Source of the DNA: Histomonas meleagridis 2922-C6/04-290x
Taxonomy: Eukaryota > Protista > Parabasalia
Assembly (NCBI GenBank): GCA_020184695.1
Contig: JAANOX010000192.1
Span: 1-64,000 of the forward strand
DNA length: 64,000 nt
Direction: 5' to 3'
Part shown: positions 41,502 through 51,866 of the stretch, piece by piece
Numbering within the stretch: position 1 is the first letter of the stretch
Layout of the letters: each line of letters begins with the position of its first letter
Notes under the pieces: model-generated
The model's database searches: none
The model's input: only the letters and a program-made list of their open reading frames with translations
Told to the model about the DNA's origin: nothing
Made by a program: the position numbers and the translations under genes

Positions 41502-44500
41502 TTATTTAATGTCTTTGCGTTTGTTTTGAGTTGATAAATCAAGTGCTGATTTAAATAATTTAAATAATTTCCAAATATTATTTTGAAATATCAAATTATT
41601 AAAATAAATTTTAAATAAAACAAATAAATATCTTTAGCATTAATATCAATTCCTTCTTGCTTAAGAAGTAATTTAAATATTTTTGTATGACCTTTTTCAG
41701 ATGCCCACATAAGTGCTGTTTTAGATATTTTATATAATTTCCAAATATTATTTTGAAATATCAAATTATTAAAATAAATATCAAATAAAACAAATAAATA
41801 TCTTTAGCATTAATATCAATTCCTTCTTGCTTAAGAAGTAATTTAAATATTTTTGTATGACCTTTTTCAGATGCCCAGGTAAGTGCTGTTACAAATAATT
41901 TAAATAATTTCCATATATTATTTTGAAATATAAAATTATTTAAATAAATATCAAATAAAACAAATAAATATTTTTAGCATTAATATCAATTCCTTTTTGT
42001 TCAAGAAGTAATTTAACTATTTCTATATGACCATTTGAAGATGCAGATATAAGTGATGTATTAAATAATTTAAATGATTTCCAAATATTATTTTGAAATA
42101 TAAAATTATTTAAATAAATATCAAATAAAACAAATAAATATTTTTAGCATTAATGTCAATTCCTTCTTGTTCAAGAAGTAATTTAACTGTTTCTGTATGA
42201 CCATTTATAGATGCCCACATAAGTGCTGTCATAAAAAATTTAAATAATTTCCAAATATTATTTTGAAATATTAAATTATTAAAATAAATATTAAATAAAA
42301 CAAATAAATATTTTTAGCATTAATATCAATTCCTTCTTGTTCAAGAAGTAATTTAACGATTTCGATGTTACCAATTTCAGATGCCCACATAAGTGCTGTT
42401 TCAATTATTTTTAATATTTTCCAAATATTATTTTGCATTTTCAAATTATTTATATAAAAATAAAACAAAGCAAATAAATATTTCCATAATTAATATCAAT
42501 TCCTTCTTGTTCAAGAAGTAATTTAACTATTTCTTCATGACTATCATTAATTGCACCCATAAGTGCTGTTTTACTATATATTTTAAAGAATTTCCAAAAT
42601 TTATTTTGAATGTTCAAACTATTAAAATAAGTTTCAAATAAGACAAATAAATTTTTTCGTTGATATCAATTCCTTCTTGTTCAAGAAGTAATTTAACTAT
42701 TTCTGTATCACCATATGAAGATGCATAAATAAGTGCTGTATTAAATAATTTAAACAATTTCCAAATATTATTTTGATATATCAAATTATTGAAATAAATA
42801 TTAAATAAAACAAATAAATATTTTTAGCATTAATATCAATTCCTTTTTGTTCAAGAAGTAATTTAACTATTTCTATATGACCATTTGAAGATGCACAAAT
42901 AAGTGCTGTATTAAATAATTTAAATAATTTTCAAATATTATTTTGAAATATTAAATTATTAAAATAAATATTAAATAAAACAAACAAATATCTTTAGCAT
43001 TAATATCAATTCCTTCTTGTTCAAGAAGTAAATTAACTATTTCTATATGACCTTTTGAAGTTGCTTTCATAAGTGCTGTATTAAATAATTTATATAATTT
43101 CCAAATATTATTTCGAAATATTATATTGTTAAAAATTATATTAAATTAAACAAACAAATATCTTTAGCATTAATATCAATTCCTTCTTGTTCAAGAAGTA
43201 ATTTAACGATTTCTATATGACCTTTTTCAGATGCTAACGTAAGTGCTGTAGTAAATATTTTAAATAATTTCCAAATATTATTTTGAAATATCAAATTATT
43301 TAAATAAATATCAAATAAAACAAATAAATGGTTTTAGCATTGATGTCTATTCCTTTTTGTTCAAGTAGTAATTTAACTATTTCTATATATCCAAAACCAG
43401 ATGCATTTATAAGTGATGTATAAAATAATTGAAATAATTTCCAAATATTACATTGAAATATCAAAATGTTAGAATAAATCTCAAATTATTGAAATGAATA
43501 TCATTTCCATTAATATCAATTCCTTTTTGCTTTAAAATATATTTGACAAGTTCAATGTTTCCTGAATATGAAGAATATGATAAAATATTTTTTGGGATCT
43601 TATAATTTAATTGAAAATATTCCACTAAAAAGATGTTACCGATCCTTGCTGATTCATTAATAATATCATCGTCAATTTTCATTCCATTTTCAAGTAAGAA
43701 TGAAAAGATTTCATAGTTATGATATAAAATACAAAATTTTCCTAATTTTTCTAAGCTGTACGTTACTTCTAAATTATCCTCATATAACTTATACGCATTA
43801 AAGCCTACAGCTTTACTATCATCACTGTCATCACTTGAATCATTATTACTAGTAGAGCTTTGAAACTGATCATTTTCTTCTAGTTTTTCTAATTTCTTTT
43901 CAAAAATATATTTAAAGATATCATTTTGATGAAATTTTATCGCTGTTTCATATGCACCTTTAAATGATGCATGATTTTGTTCACATAAATGAATGATTTC
44001 TGCATTTCCACTTGCAATTGCATATTTACCTGTATAATAAACATCTGCATCATTCATAAGTAAATATTTAAAACATTTAATTGAACCAAAAAATGCTGCA
44101 TAATCAATTAATGAAACATTCCATAGATTAATAAAATCACATCTTTCATAAATTGATTGCTTAATAAGTTGATTAAACCTAAAATCATTTTGTGATGAAA
44201 TTTTTTGAAGTTTTTCAACATCATCATTCCGGATTATTTCTGCAATTCCAAATGTATTATCTCCTTCTTTTATGAATTGTTTATGAAGTTCCCAATCATT
44301 CTTTGATAGTTTATCATAATTTTCTTGGATTTGCTCGAAATAATTATCTTTTTCTAATTCATTAATTTCTTCTTCAGACATATATTGTATAAAATATGGT
44401 TCGTTTATATCTTTGGTAATTTTTGATTCAATGAAATTATTTTCAATGAAATACTCAAGAATATAAAATGTTTCTTGATCATATTTGTGTTCATCCAAAA

Positions 44501-44855
44501 GAAAACTTGTAAGTGCTTCTAAAATTTTAGGTTTGTTGTTATTCTCTTCATATTGTTCAATTTTTTTTATAAAATCAAAATAAATTTCATAATAATTTAC
44601 TCGCATACTAAAACGTATATATATCATTTGACTAATAACAAGGTTAAATGAGTAAAAATGGTTTCCATCAAATTTAGTGATTAAAGAATTAAACGATTGA
44701 ATAATATTGTCTTCATTCAAGTTGAAAATTATTTGTTTAATGAATACAAGGAATTCCCATTTGTTGTGAATTATTTGTTTCGTCTTTTTTTCTTCCCTTT
44801 GGTTGCTCATTTTGGATTTTTTGGTTTTATAATGTTTGATTTCAAACCATTTCAA
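41502..44855 (-). CDS. DUF3447-type ankyrin-repeat protein, predicted 845 aa only if twelve 68-nt inserts are removed
   Basis: The 464-aa ORF (IIRNDD, LIDYAAFFGSIKCFKYLL) stops inside the first insert. Span 3354 minus 12x68 is 2538 nt, or 846 codons, with no stops in the ankyrin segments. Confidence 0.7.
41541..43580 (-). repeat. Tandem array of 12 units of exactly 170 bp (102-nt ankyrin repeat plus 68-nt insert)
   Basis: The T-A/S-L codon block recurs at plus-strand 41541, 41711, 41881, 42051, 42221, 42391, 42561, 42731, 42901, 43071, 43241 and 43411. Confidence 0.97.
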
Positions 44856-45241
44856 TTTTCAAAATAAACCATTAAAACTCGAATGAATTTTTTGGGAAAT
44901 TCTATACTTTATGAAAAGTGATGTGTTGGCGAACGTTATGCGATCTTTAAAAAACATTTTAACAATATGTAATTCTCTTTAGAGGAATTATTACTAGTAA
45001 AAAATTGAATTTTTACAGTAAGTAACTCATTAAAGGAGTTTTAATGCTGTTCTTTAAAAGAAATTTCAATTATGATATCGGATCTGAGTGAGAAATGAAA
45101 CAATTATTAAAATTGTGGTGTTTTTGAAAAATAGAGAAAGATAACATCAAATATTCCACTCATAAAGAGACAAAATCAATGTAACAAGTTTTCATTGAAA
45201 TAAATTGATTTAGATATTATGAAGTAAATTTGTGGCTTTAT

Positions 45242-45808
45242 TTATAAGGCCAAGTTCATAACGGCCGTGACCAGATCGCCATCAGCATCACGGAGAGCTT
45301 GGACAGCACGAGCACGTGAAACATTGGATTGTTGCATGATAGTATTGATATCTTCTTCCTTGAGTCCTGTAGCATCAACTTCGCCTTCTTGGTCGTCTTC
45401 AACAACTGTAGTAGTTGGTTCTTTTGGAATGGCTTCTTGAGCAGCAGCAGCAGAATTTTTGAGTTGTTCGACAGCCCTTGCACCTGGGTCTTGCATTTGT
45501 GGTTCTCCAAAAACAATATATACATCATCAATAAAGTAAACATCTGGTGATGCAAAAGTCCACATGATTTGTGCACCTTTCCTCATCATAACTGTGGAAA
45601 CCTTTTCGAGTGGTTTGAGGTTATGCTTAAGGAGAGCTTCCTTCATCTTCTTTTCTGCACGAGATACTTTGCGTGGAGCAGCAACTGGTTCTTCAGTCTT
45701 GGTTTCTTCAGTCTTTTCTTCATCCTTGACTTCTTCAACCTTGTCTTCAGGTTTGACTTCTTCAACTTTTGTTTCAGCTGGAGCAGCAGCAGCTTCTTTT
45801 TCAGCCAT
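45242..45808 (-). CDS. NACA: Nascent polypeptide-associated complex subunit alpha
   Basis: SRAEKKMKEAL, SPDVY...YIVFGEP and a C-terminal UBA domain (EEDINTIMQQSNVSRARAVQALRDADGDLVTAVMNL). Confidence 0.95.
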   Translation of the reverse strand: MAEKEAAAAPAETKVEEVKPEDKVEEVKDEEKTEETKTEEPVAAPRKVSRAEKKMKEALLKHNLKPLEKVSTVMMRKGAQIMWTFASPDVYFIDDVYIVFGEPQMQDPGARAVEQLKNSAAAAQEAIPKEPTTTVVEDDQEGEVDATGLKEEDINTIMQQSNVSRARAVQALRDADGDLVTAVMNLAL

Positions 45809-45819
45809 GTGTTAACACA

Positions 45820-45824
45820 AAAGG
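45820..45824 (-). promoter_or_regulatory. M5 (CCTTT) element upstream of NAC-alpha
   Basis: CCTTT ends 11 nt before the ATG on the minus strand. Confidence 0.55.
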
Positions 45825-46346
45825 CTGGCCATCGCCCTCAAAATTACCCTTAGGAGGGCAATTTATGCATGGAAATACCACATGAAAATTACCATAAGCA
45901 CGATCAAAACTGCTTTAAAAATATTGATTGGTTTATAGAAAAGTTGTATTGTTTCATTCTTCCAGTTGAAACAAGTGATTTTTTAAATATTCCTTAATTT
46001 TGTAAACCAAGCTTCCAAGCTTTGCTGTTCTAATAAATTATAATGGTTTGAGATTTAATCTCATAGAAACAATTTGAAATTTTAAAGTATACTTTTCTTC
46101 TGGTTTAATTTAATGATTTAGATTCCAAACAAAAGCTAGGAATTTTTTGTTGTCAACAAGTAAATAAAATTTGACGATTTTAAAAAATTCCAGAAACTGA
46201 AGGGTTCCTAAAAAGGAATCTTTCGAAATATCAAAAGTGACCACTTTTTGGTTAAATTTTTCTTAAACGAACGTTCTCATTTAACCATTTTTTCGATTCA
46301 AAAGCATATGCCATTCAAAATTGAATGAACGATTGGCCAATCAGAG

Positions 46347-47462
46347 ATGAAGAAAAGAAATTCAATATTTTCCGATCCTTTTATTCATCTAATGGATTCA
46401 CTTAGTTCTGAAGATGAAGAAAAGCGCCCCTTAAAACAAATAAATCAGTTTTTAATTCTCCAAAAAATTGGTGAAGGATCTTTCTCCAAAGTTTATTTGG
46501 GTAAAGATATGCAAACAGAAAAACTCTATGCATTAAAAAGATTTAAATTAAAGGAACTCCAACGAGTTGAAGCAGGAATTTCACAGTTGGAAAGAGAAAT
46601 ATCTGCAATGCGAAAAATAAAACATCCAAACATTATAAAGCTCCACTTAGCTCTTCATGTTGAGTCAATAGATGTAGTTTACTTGGTTTTGGATTACGCA
46701 GATTGTGGATCTCTCCAAAATGTTATCGAAACAAATTCTTTAAGTATCGATGAAATTAAGCATATTTTTAACCAAGTTCTTTCGGCTGTTTTATGTTTAC
46801 ATTCAAATGGTATCGTTCATCAAGATATAAAACCATCAAATATATTGATATGTAGTAATGGAAATGTTTTCTTAGCTGACTTCGGGTTAGGGCATAGCTT
46901 TAGGAGTACCGCTATGGTTGTAGGCTCTCCTGGTTATCAGGCTCCAGAAGCATTATATGATTCAGATTGGTATCAAGAAGAGTTGGACCCTGCAAAAGAG
47001 GACATCTGGTCATTAGGCGTTTCAATTTTTCAAACTCTTTTTCATTGCCTTCCATTTACGGGGAGTAATGTTTTTGAGATAATCCAAAATATCAAAAATA
47101 AACCATTGGTCATTCCAGATGGCACAGATCCTTTTATAGTTACTATTCTGAAAGGAATGCTTTGTGTGAACCCTGCCGAAAGAATGTCGATTGAAGAAGT
47201 TCGAAATTCAGATTTTTTTAAACATTCAAAAAAAATCGAAAAATTTCACTTCCAGGCAAACAATACACTAGAAGATTCATCAAAGCGTCCTATACAACAT
47301 TTTGATGCTATTGTATGTGATGATAATTATTCTTTTGCAAGATGCAGTTTGACACCATCTGGCCTTCTTGAATCGCTTGGAATCACTCCACATTCGGGGT
47401 TTGAAGAATCACCATCTCCTAATATTTTATTAGATATTTCACAAAAGATCCACCAAAAATAA
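46347..47462 (+). CDS. Ser/Thr protein kinase (CAMK-like, non-RD)
   Basis: GEGSFSKV, YALK, HQDIKPSN, ADFG and GSPGYQAPE. Confidence 0.93.
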   Translation: MKKRNSIFSDPFIHLMDSLSSEDEEKRPLKQINQFLILQKIGEGSFSKVYLGKDMQTEKLYALKRFKLKELQRVEAGISQLEREISAMRKIKHPNIIKLHLALHVESIDVVYLVLDYADCGSLQNVIETNSLSIDEIKHIFNQVLSAVLCLHSNGIVHQDIKPSNILICSNGNVFLADFGLGHSFRSTAMVVGSPGYQAPEALYDSDWYQEELDPAKEDIWSLGVSIFQTLFHCLPFTGSNVFEIIQNIKNKPLVIPDGTDPFIVTILKGMLCVNPAERMSIEEVRNSDFFKHSKKIEKFHFQANNTLEDSSKRPIQHFDAIVCDDNYSFARCSLTPSGLLESLGITPHSGFEESPSPNILLDISQKIHQK

Positions 47463-47577
47463 ATCTTGTTTTCATGAATAAACGGTTTCTTAACGTACAT
47501 TATTGTTTAAAAGAACGTTTAATAAGGGCACCCCAACTCAAATTGACTATATTTGTTTGACCAAATAAATTACCAAA

Positions 47578-49770
47578 ATGATATTTTTTATTTTTGCATT
47601 TTTATCCAAATCTTCTTTCATTGCTTTTGATATAGGAACAGAAACAATCAAAGCAGCTGTAATGCGCTCCGGGAGAAGTATTGAAATTGTTTTAAATGAA
47701 CAATCAAAACGAAAAACTCCAGCACTTGTTTCATTAGAATCAAATCACAAGATATCATCAGAAAATGTAAGAAACATAAGTATACGTATCGGTGTTTCTG
47801 CATCTTCTGTATTAAATAGAAATAGCAGTTCTGTTATTCGCAATTTTCCAGATATACTTGGTAAAAGCTTAACGCCAGAACTCCAAGAACATCTTAATAA
47901 GAGGTTATTAGATTTTAAAATGGATGACACTAAAATTAATGGAATTGAACCTCATATCGCATTAGCACTAATTCTTTCTCAATATGTAAAATATGCACAA
48001 CACCAACTTCAAGAACATATAGATGATGCCATCATAGCTGTTCCATCTTTTTTCACTAATGTTCAAAGATCAAGAATCTCATTATCAGCCAAACTTGCTG
48101 GTTTAAATCTTATTAAAATAATTGACCAGCGGCATGCATTAGCGCTTGTTTATGCCATCGAAAAAACGAGCTTTTTTACTCGCGAGCCACGGAATGTTGC
48201 CATTATAGACTTTGGACATGGTTCTCTCAATGTTAATGGATATAAGTTCAGCTCCAAAGTCATTGCACATAAAGGCCACAATCCAAAGCCAGTCCCTAAA
48301 ATCGAAGACATTAATTACGACTGGGACGATACTATCGGCGGCATCAACTTTGATGTCAAAATCTCTCGTTACTTATCAGAGGTTTACTCCGTCCCGATGA
48401 CGTCACAACTGCTTCAAGATTCTCAGCGACTGAAACATGCGCTTACACTTAATGATAAAGCGAACATAAGCATGGATTCAATAGGGAAACGAATCATTTT
48501 CACACGCGCACAATTTAATGAAATATGTCGTCCATTATTTGAGCATATTAAGAATTTCTTATTAGCAGTTAATCAAAGCTACGATTCAATTGAGCTAGTA
48601 GGAGGAGCATCGCGTATTCCTTTCTTTAATGATATAGTTTCAAGTGTATTCGGTAATATATCACATTCTTTAAATGCTGATGAATCAATAGTTGTTGGAA
48701 CAGCATATTCTGCAGCTATGTCATCCGGTTCATTTAAGTTAATGGATATTAATTATAACCCAACAAGTTCACATTCCGCAAATTTAACAACTGCAACAAA
48801 AACTTTTCGATTGTTTTCGAAAGGTTCTTCACTTTCTAAGTTGAAAACAGCTAGAATTGATACAGATAATGTTTCTAAAGTATTGCTTTCTTATGATTCA
48901 AAGATACCAATTGGTTGTAACCCAATAATTGGTGAATGGGAAATAATGGAAAAGGATTTTCCAAATGTTTCACGGATTGCGCTTTCATTTGGCTTTAATG
49001 CAAAATCAAAAATCATTTTGTCAAAAAGTATTCTCCACATCAAAAACGTTTTTGATGGAGAAATCAGTCAAAAACAGTTAAAAGTGCAAAGAACGTTAAA
49101 ACCGTTACAAATTGATAGTAACGAAAAAGAATTTGAAAGAAAATTGGTTAACGCTATTGAATCCAACGAAAAAAGAATTGAAAAAATTGCCAAAGCACGA
49201 AACAACTTGGAATCGATCGTTTTTGAATTGAAAAATTCAATAAATAACGATCAGATATGGCAAAAAGTGACATCGGAATCAGAAAAATTGAATTTGACAG
49301 AGACCGTTAAGAAATCGGAAGAATTCCTTGAAACTCATCATGACTTCGAAAATGAAACAATATTAAACTTAAAGGCGAAAGAAATCGAAGAAGAAATTAA
49401 ACCAATAAGATTCAGAGTCCAAGAAAGTCGAACAAGAGAAACATCATGTCAAGAACTCCAAAAATTACTTGATGAAATGCAAGATGCCGTGCTTAAGAAG
49501 TGGCCAAAGATGAACTTGCACGTTCCAAGGCAACAAAAGAAAGCTATTTTGAATCATGTGAAATTGACAAAAGATTGGCTAAACAGAAAAATGGAAGAAC
49601 AGAACGAACTTGACCCATGGGACGAACCTGCTTTGAAAACTGGCGATATAACAATAAGAATCAAAAAACTTGGAGAAGCATTTCGAAATCTTGAAGATGC
49701 AGTAAAGAATAGAAAGGCAAAGGGAAGCAGCGGTAACTCAGATGAAAACGAATACGGAGCTGATCTTTGA
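47578..49770 (+). CDS. ER Hsp70-superfamily chaperone (Grp170/HYOU1-like)
   Basis: Signal peptide, AFDIGTETIKAA, EQSKRKTP, LVGGASRIP, ARNNLESIVF and C-terminal GADL (possible ER-retrieval variant). Confidence 0.85.
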   Translation: MIFFIFAFLSKSSFIAFDIGTETIKAAVMRSGRSIEIVLNEQSKRKTPALVSLESNHKISSENVRNISIRIGVSASSVLNRNSSSVIRNFPDILGKSLTPELQEHLNKRLLDFKMDDTKINGIEPHIALALILSQYVKYAQHQLQEHIDDAIIAVPSFFTNVQRSRISLSAKLAGLNLIKIIDQRHALALVYAIEKTSFFTREPRNVAIIDFGHGSLNVNGYKFSSKVIAHKGHNPKPVPKIEDINYDWDDTIGGINFDVKISRYLSEVYSVPMTSQLLQDSQRLKHALTLNDKANISMDSIGKRIIFTRAQFNEICRPLFEHIKNFLLAVNQSYDSIELVGGASRIPFFNDIVSSVFGNISHSLNADESIVVGTAYSAAMSSGSFKLMDINYNPTSSHSANLTTATKTFRLFSKGSSLSKLKTARIDTDNVSKVLLSYDSKIPIGCNPIIGEWEIMEKDFPNVSRIALSFGFNAKSKIILSKSILHIKNVFDGEISQKQLKVQRTLKPLQIDSNEKEFERKLVNAIESNEKRIEKIAKARNNLESIVFELKNSINNDQIWQKVTSESEKLNLTETVKKSEEFLETHHDFENETILNLKAKEIEEEIKPIRFRVQESRTRETSCQELQKLLDEMQDAVLKKWPKMNLHVPRQQKKAILNHVKLTKDWLNRKMEEQNELDPWDEPALKTGDITIRIKKLGEAFRNLEDAVKNRKAKGSSGNSDENEYGADL

Positions 49771-50533
49771 TTGTGGTTTTCAAAGATTATTCTGATAATA
49801 ATTTCCAAAGCCTAAAATAGAACTGTCGTTTGACACCAAATAGAATAAAATTATCTTGTTGTTCTCATTATTTTAATCCTTAAAAAATATATGGTAAAGA
49901 TTAATAATAACATTTAATTAATATTCTTATATCTATATAAGACAAAAACTTTGTAAATCTCTATTTAGATATAAAAACGACAATAAAAATATTGGGTGGA
50001 TGCGACCAAATTTTTCTTTCATTTTTCAAGTAAAATTGTAAGCTTTCATACATCCAGCTGACCATGGTCTATATTATCATTGAATAGAACTCTATACTAA
50101 AAAAAAGCTTTTTATTGATGAACGCTCATCATTTTAGGAAAACAACAAGAAAAATGTGATAAGCTTTTACATATTCAAAAATGCGTTAATTATATACAAT
50201 AAATTAAAGTTATTTTCATAATAATTTACTTTTTGTTCAAACTTAATTTATCACAGATAAAAGCAGAACTACTCAAGACGCACACTTATTTGAAATTGAA
50301 ATATCTTTCTTTTGATTTTTGAAAAAATATTGCATTTTTACCATAATATCTCCAAATTTCCAATATTATCTTTAATATAATTTATCATTTACTTTTAGTG
50401 TTTATGATTTGGATAAATTGGATTTATTCTAATAATCATATAATAGAAGAAACATAAAATTTTCTAAATAACAAAAATGTTTGTATTTATTTAATTAATA
50501 AACAAATTATAATTGTTCTTAAAATATGTTTAT

Positions 50534-51760
50534 TTATATCTGACTGATAAATTTTTCTTCTTTGAAATCGTCTGCAAATGGATCTTCTTCAATATTTGAG
50601 TTATTAATACCAACCGAAAAGGTATTATCTATTTCATTAATTTTATCGTTATTTTCATCTGAAATATTCATTTCTTCTTCATTTTGTTTCCGCTTCTTAT
50701 TTTGATATTTAATCATAAATATTATGATTATCATTATAAATACAATAATTATTACAATTACAATAACAATTATAATGATAATTAATGTATTATTATCATT
50801 AGTGTTTATTATTACATCTTCGATATAAGAAATATAAAAGAAATTAGAATAATAAGTAAAATATTCTGGATAATATATTATAATTGTATAATTATAATAT
50901 ATAAAATCGACATAAATATATTTAGTTTCAGATTCAATGAAAGTAACTGAATAAGATTTTAAGAAAGTATAATAATAAATTGATAAAGTTTTTATAAACG
51001 ATAAAGAATAAGTTAAAGTATAAGTGTTAACGAAAGTAAAATTCATCGAAAATGTATTAACATAAGTATTTGAATCAAAATTATTTTTTGATTTCGTAAA
51101 TGTATTCGATTTGATAAACGTATTACTAATTGTGAATGTATTTAATTTGGTAAATGTATTTGAGTCAGTGGATGTGCGTGTTGGCGGGAGACATTCGTCA
51201 AGTGTTGTTCCCTTAGTAATTTCCATATTTCCAAATGTTTCATTTTGATATGTTTCTATCGTCATAACTCTTGTTGCTTTTATATTAACATATGCATTAT
51301 TTTGTATTTCTGGTGAAATTTCTCCATTAAAATGAATACATTGAAGTGATGTACAATTAACAAATGCACATGAATTAATATATTGAACATTTTCACCAAT
51401 AAAAATTCTTTCTAAATTATTACAACTTGCAAAAGAATAATTCATAATAGAAATGACTGAATTAGGAATTGTAAATGTTTTACTTTTCATATTCGGATAA
51501 CTAATAATTTGTGTAATTTCTTTATTATATAAAACGCCATCGTTTTCATAATTCGAATATCCAATGTTTTCTTCTGAAACATTAATAAATTGAAGTTTCG
51601 TACTTTCTAAAAATGGATTTCCAATCGAATAAACTGAACTTGGTATATAAATATTCACAAGGTTTTTACATCCTTTGAATGCATCTGAGCCAATATTTCG
51701 TACGCCTTCATATAATGTTATCGTTTCCTGGGTTCTAGAACTATATGAATTAATTGAAGA
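50534..51760 (-). pseudogene. BspA-like LRR membrane protein, apparently 5'-truncated
   Basis: The frame is open from 51760 with no ATG before the first LRRs (IGSDAFKGCKNLVNIYIPSSV). It continues with an SNTF-repeat stalk, a TM helix and the tail EEDPFADDFKEE. Confidence 0.7.
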
Positions 51761-51866
51761 TTAACTTTCTTTTTTTAACCTTGGATTTGCTTATAATCTT
51801 TTTTAATTAATTATTTATTCAATAATACCAAGTTTTTTATAAATAGCTTTCATGCATTTTTTTTTA

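Noticed and set aside
42740-42811. Canonical 76-nt GT...AG intron (TT|GTTTT...ACAG)
   Set aside because: It leaves 94 nt per unit (out of frame), and GT or AG is absent in several units.
42901-43070. Programmed -1 frameshifting through the ankyrin inserts (a U_UUA_AAU slippery-like heptamer is present)
   Set aside because: In this unit the upstream frame stops at 42951-42953 and the downstream frame has TGA at 42931-42933, so no single shift can pass. In all 12 inserts the upstream-frame stop lies before the heptamer position.
41541-43580. CRISPR-like or MITE interpretation of the 170-bp array
   Set aside because: The units encode ankyrin repeats, there are no unique spacers or cas genes, and the inserts lack terminal inverted repeats and target-site duplications.
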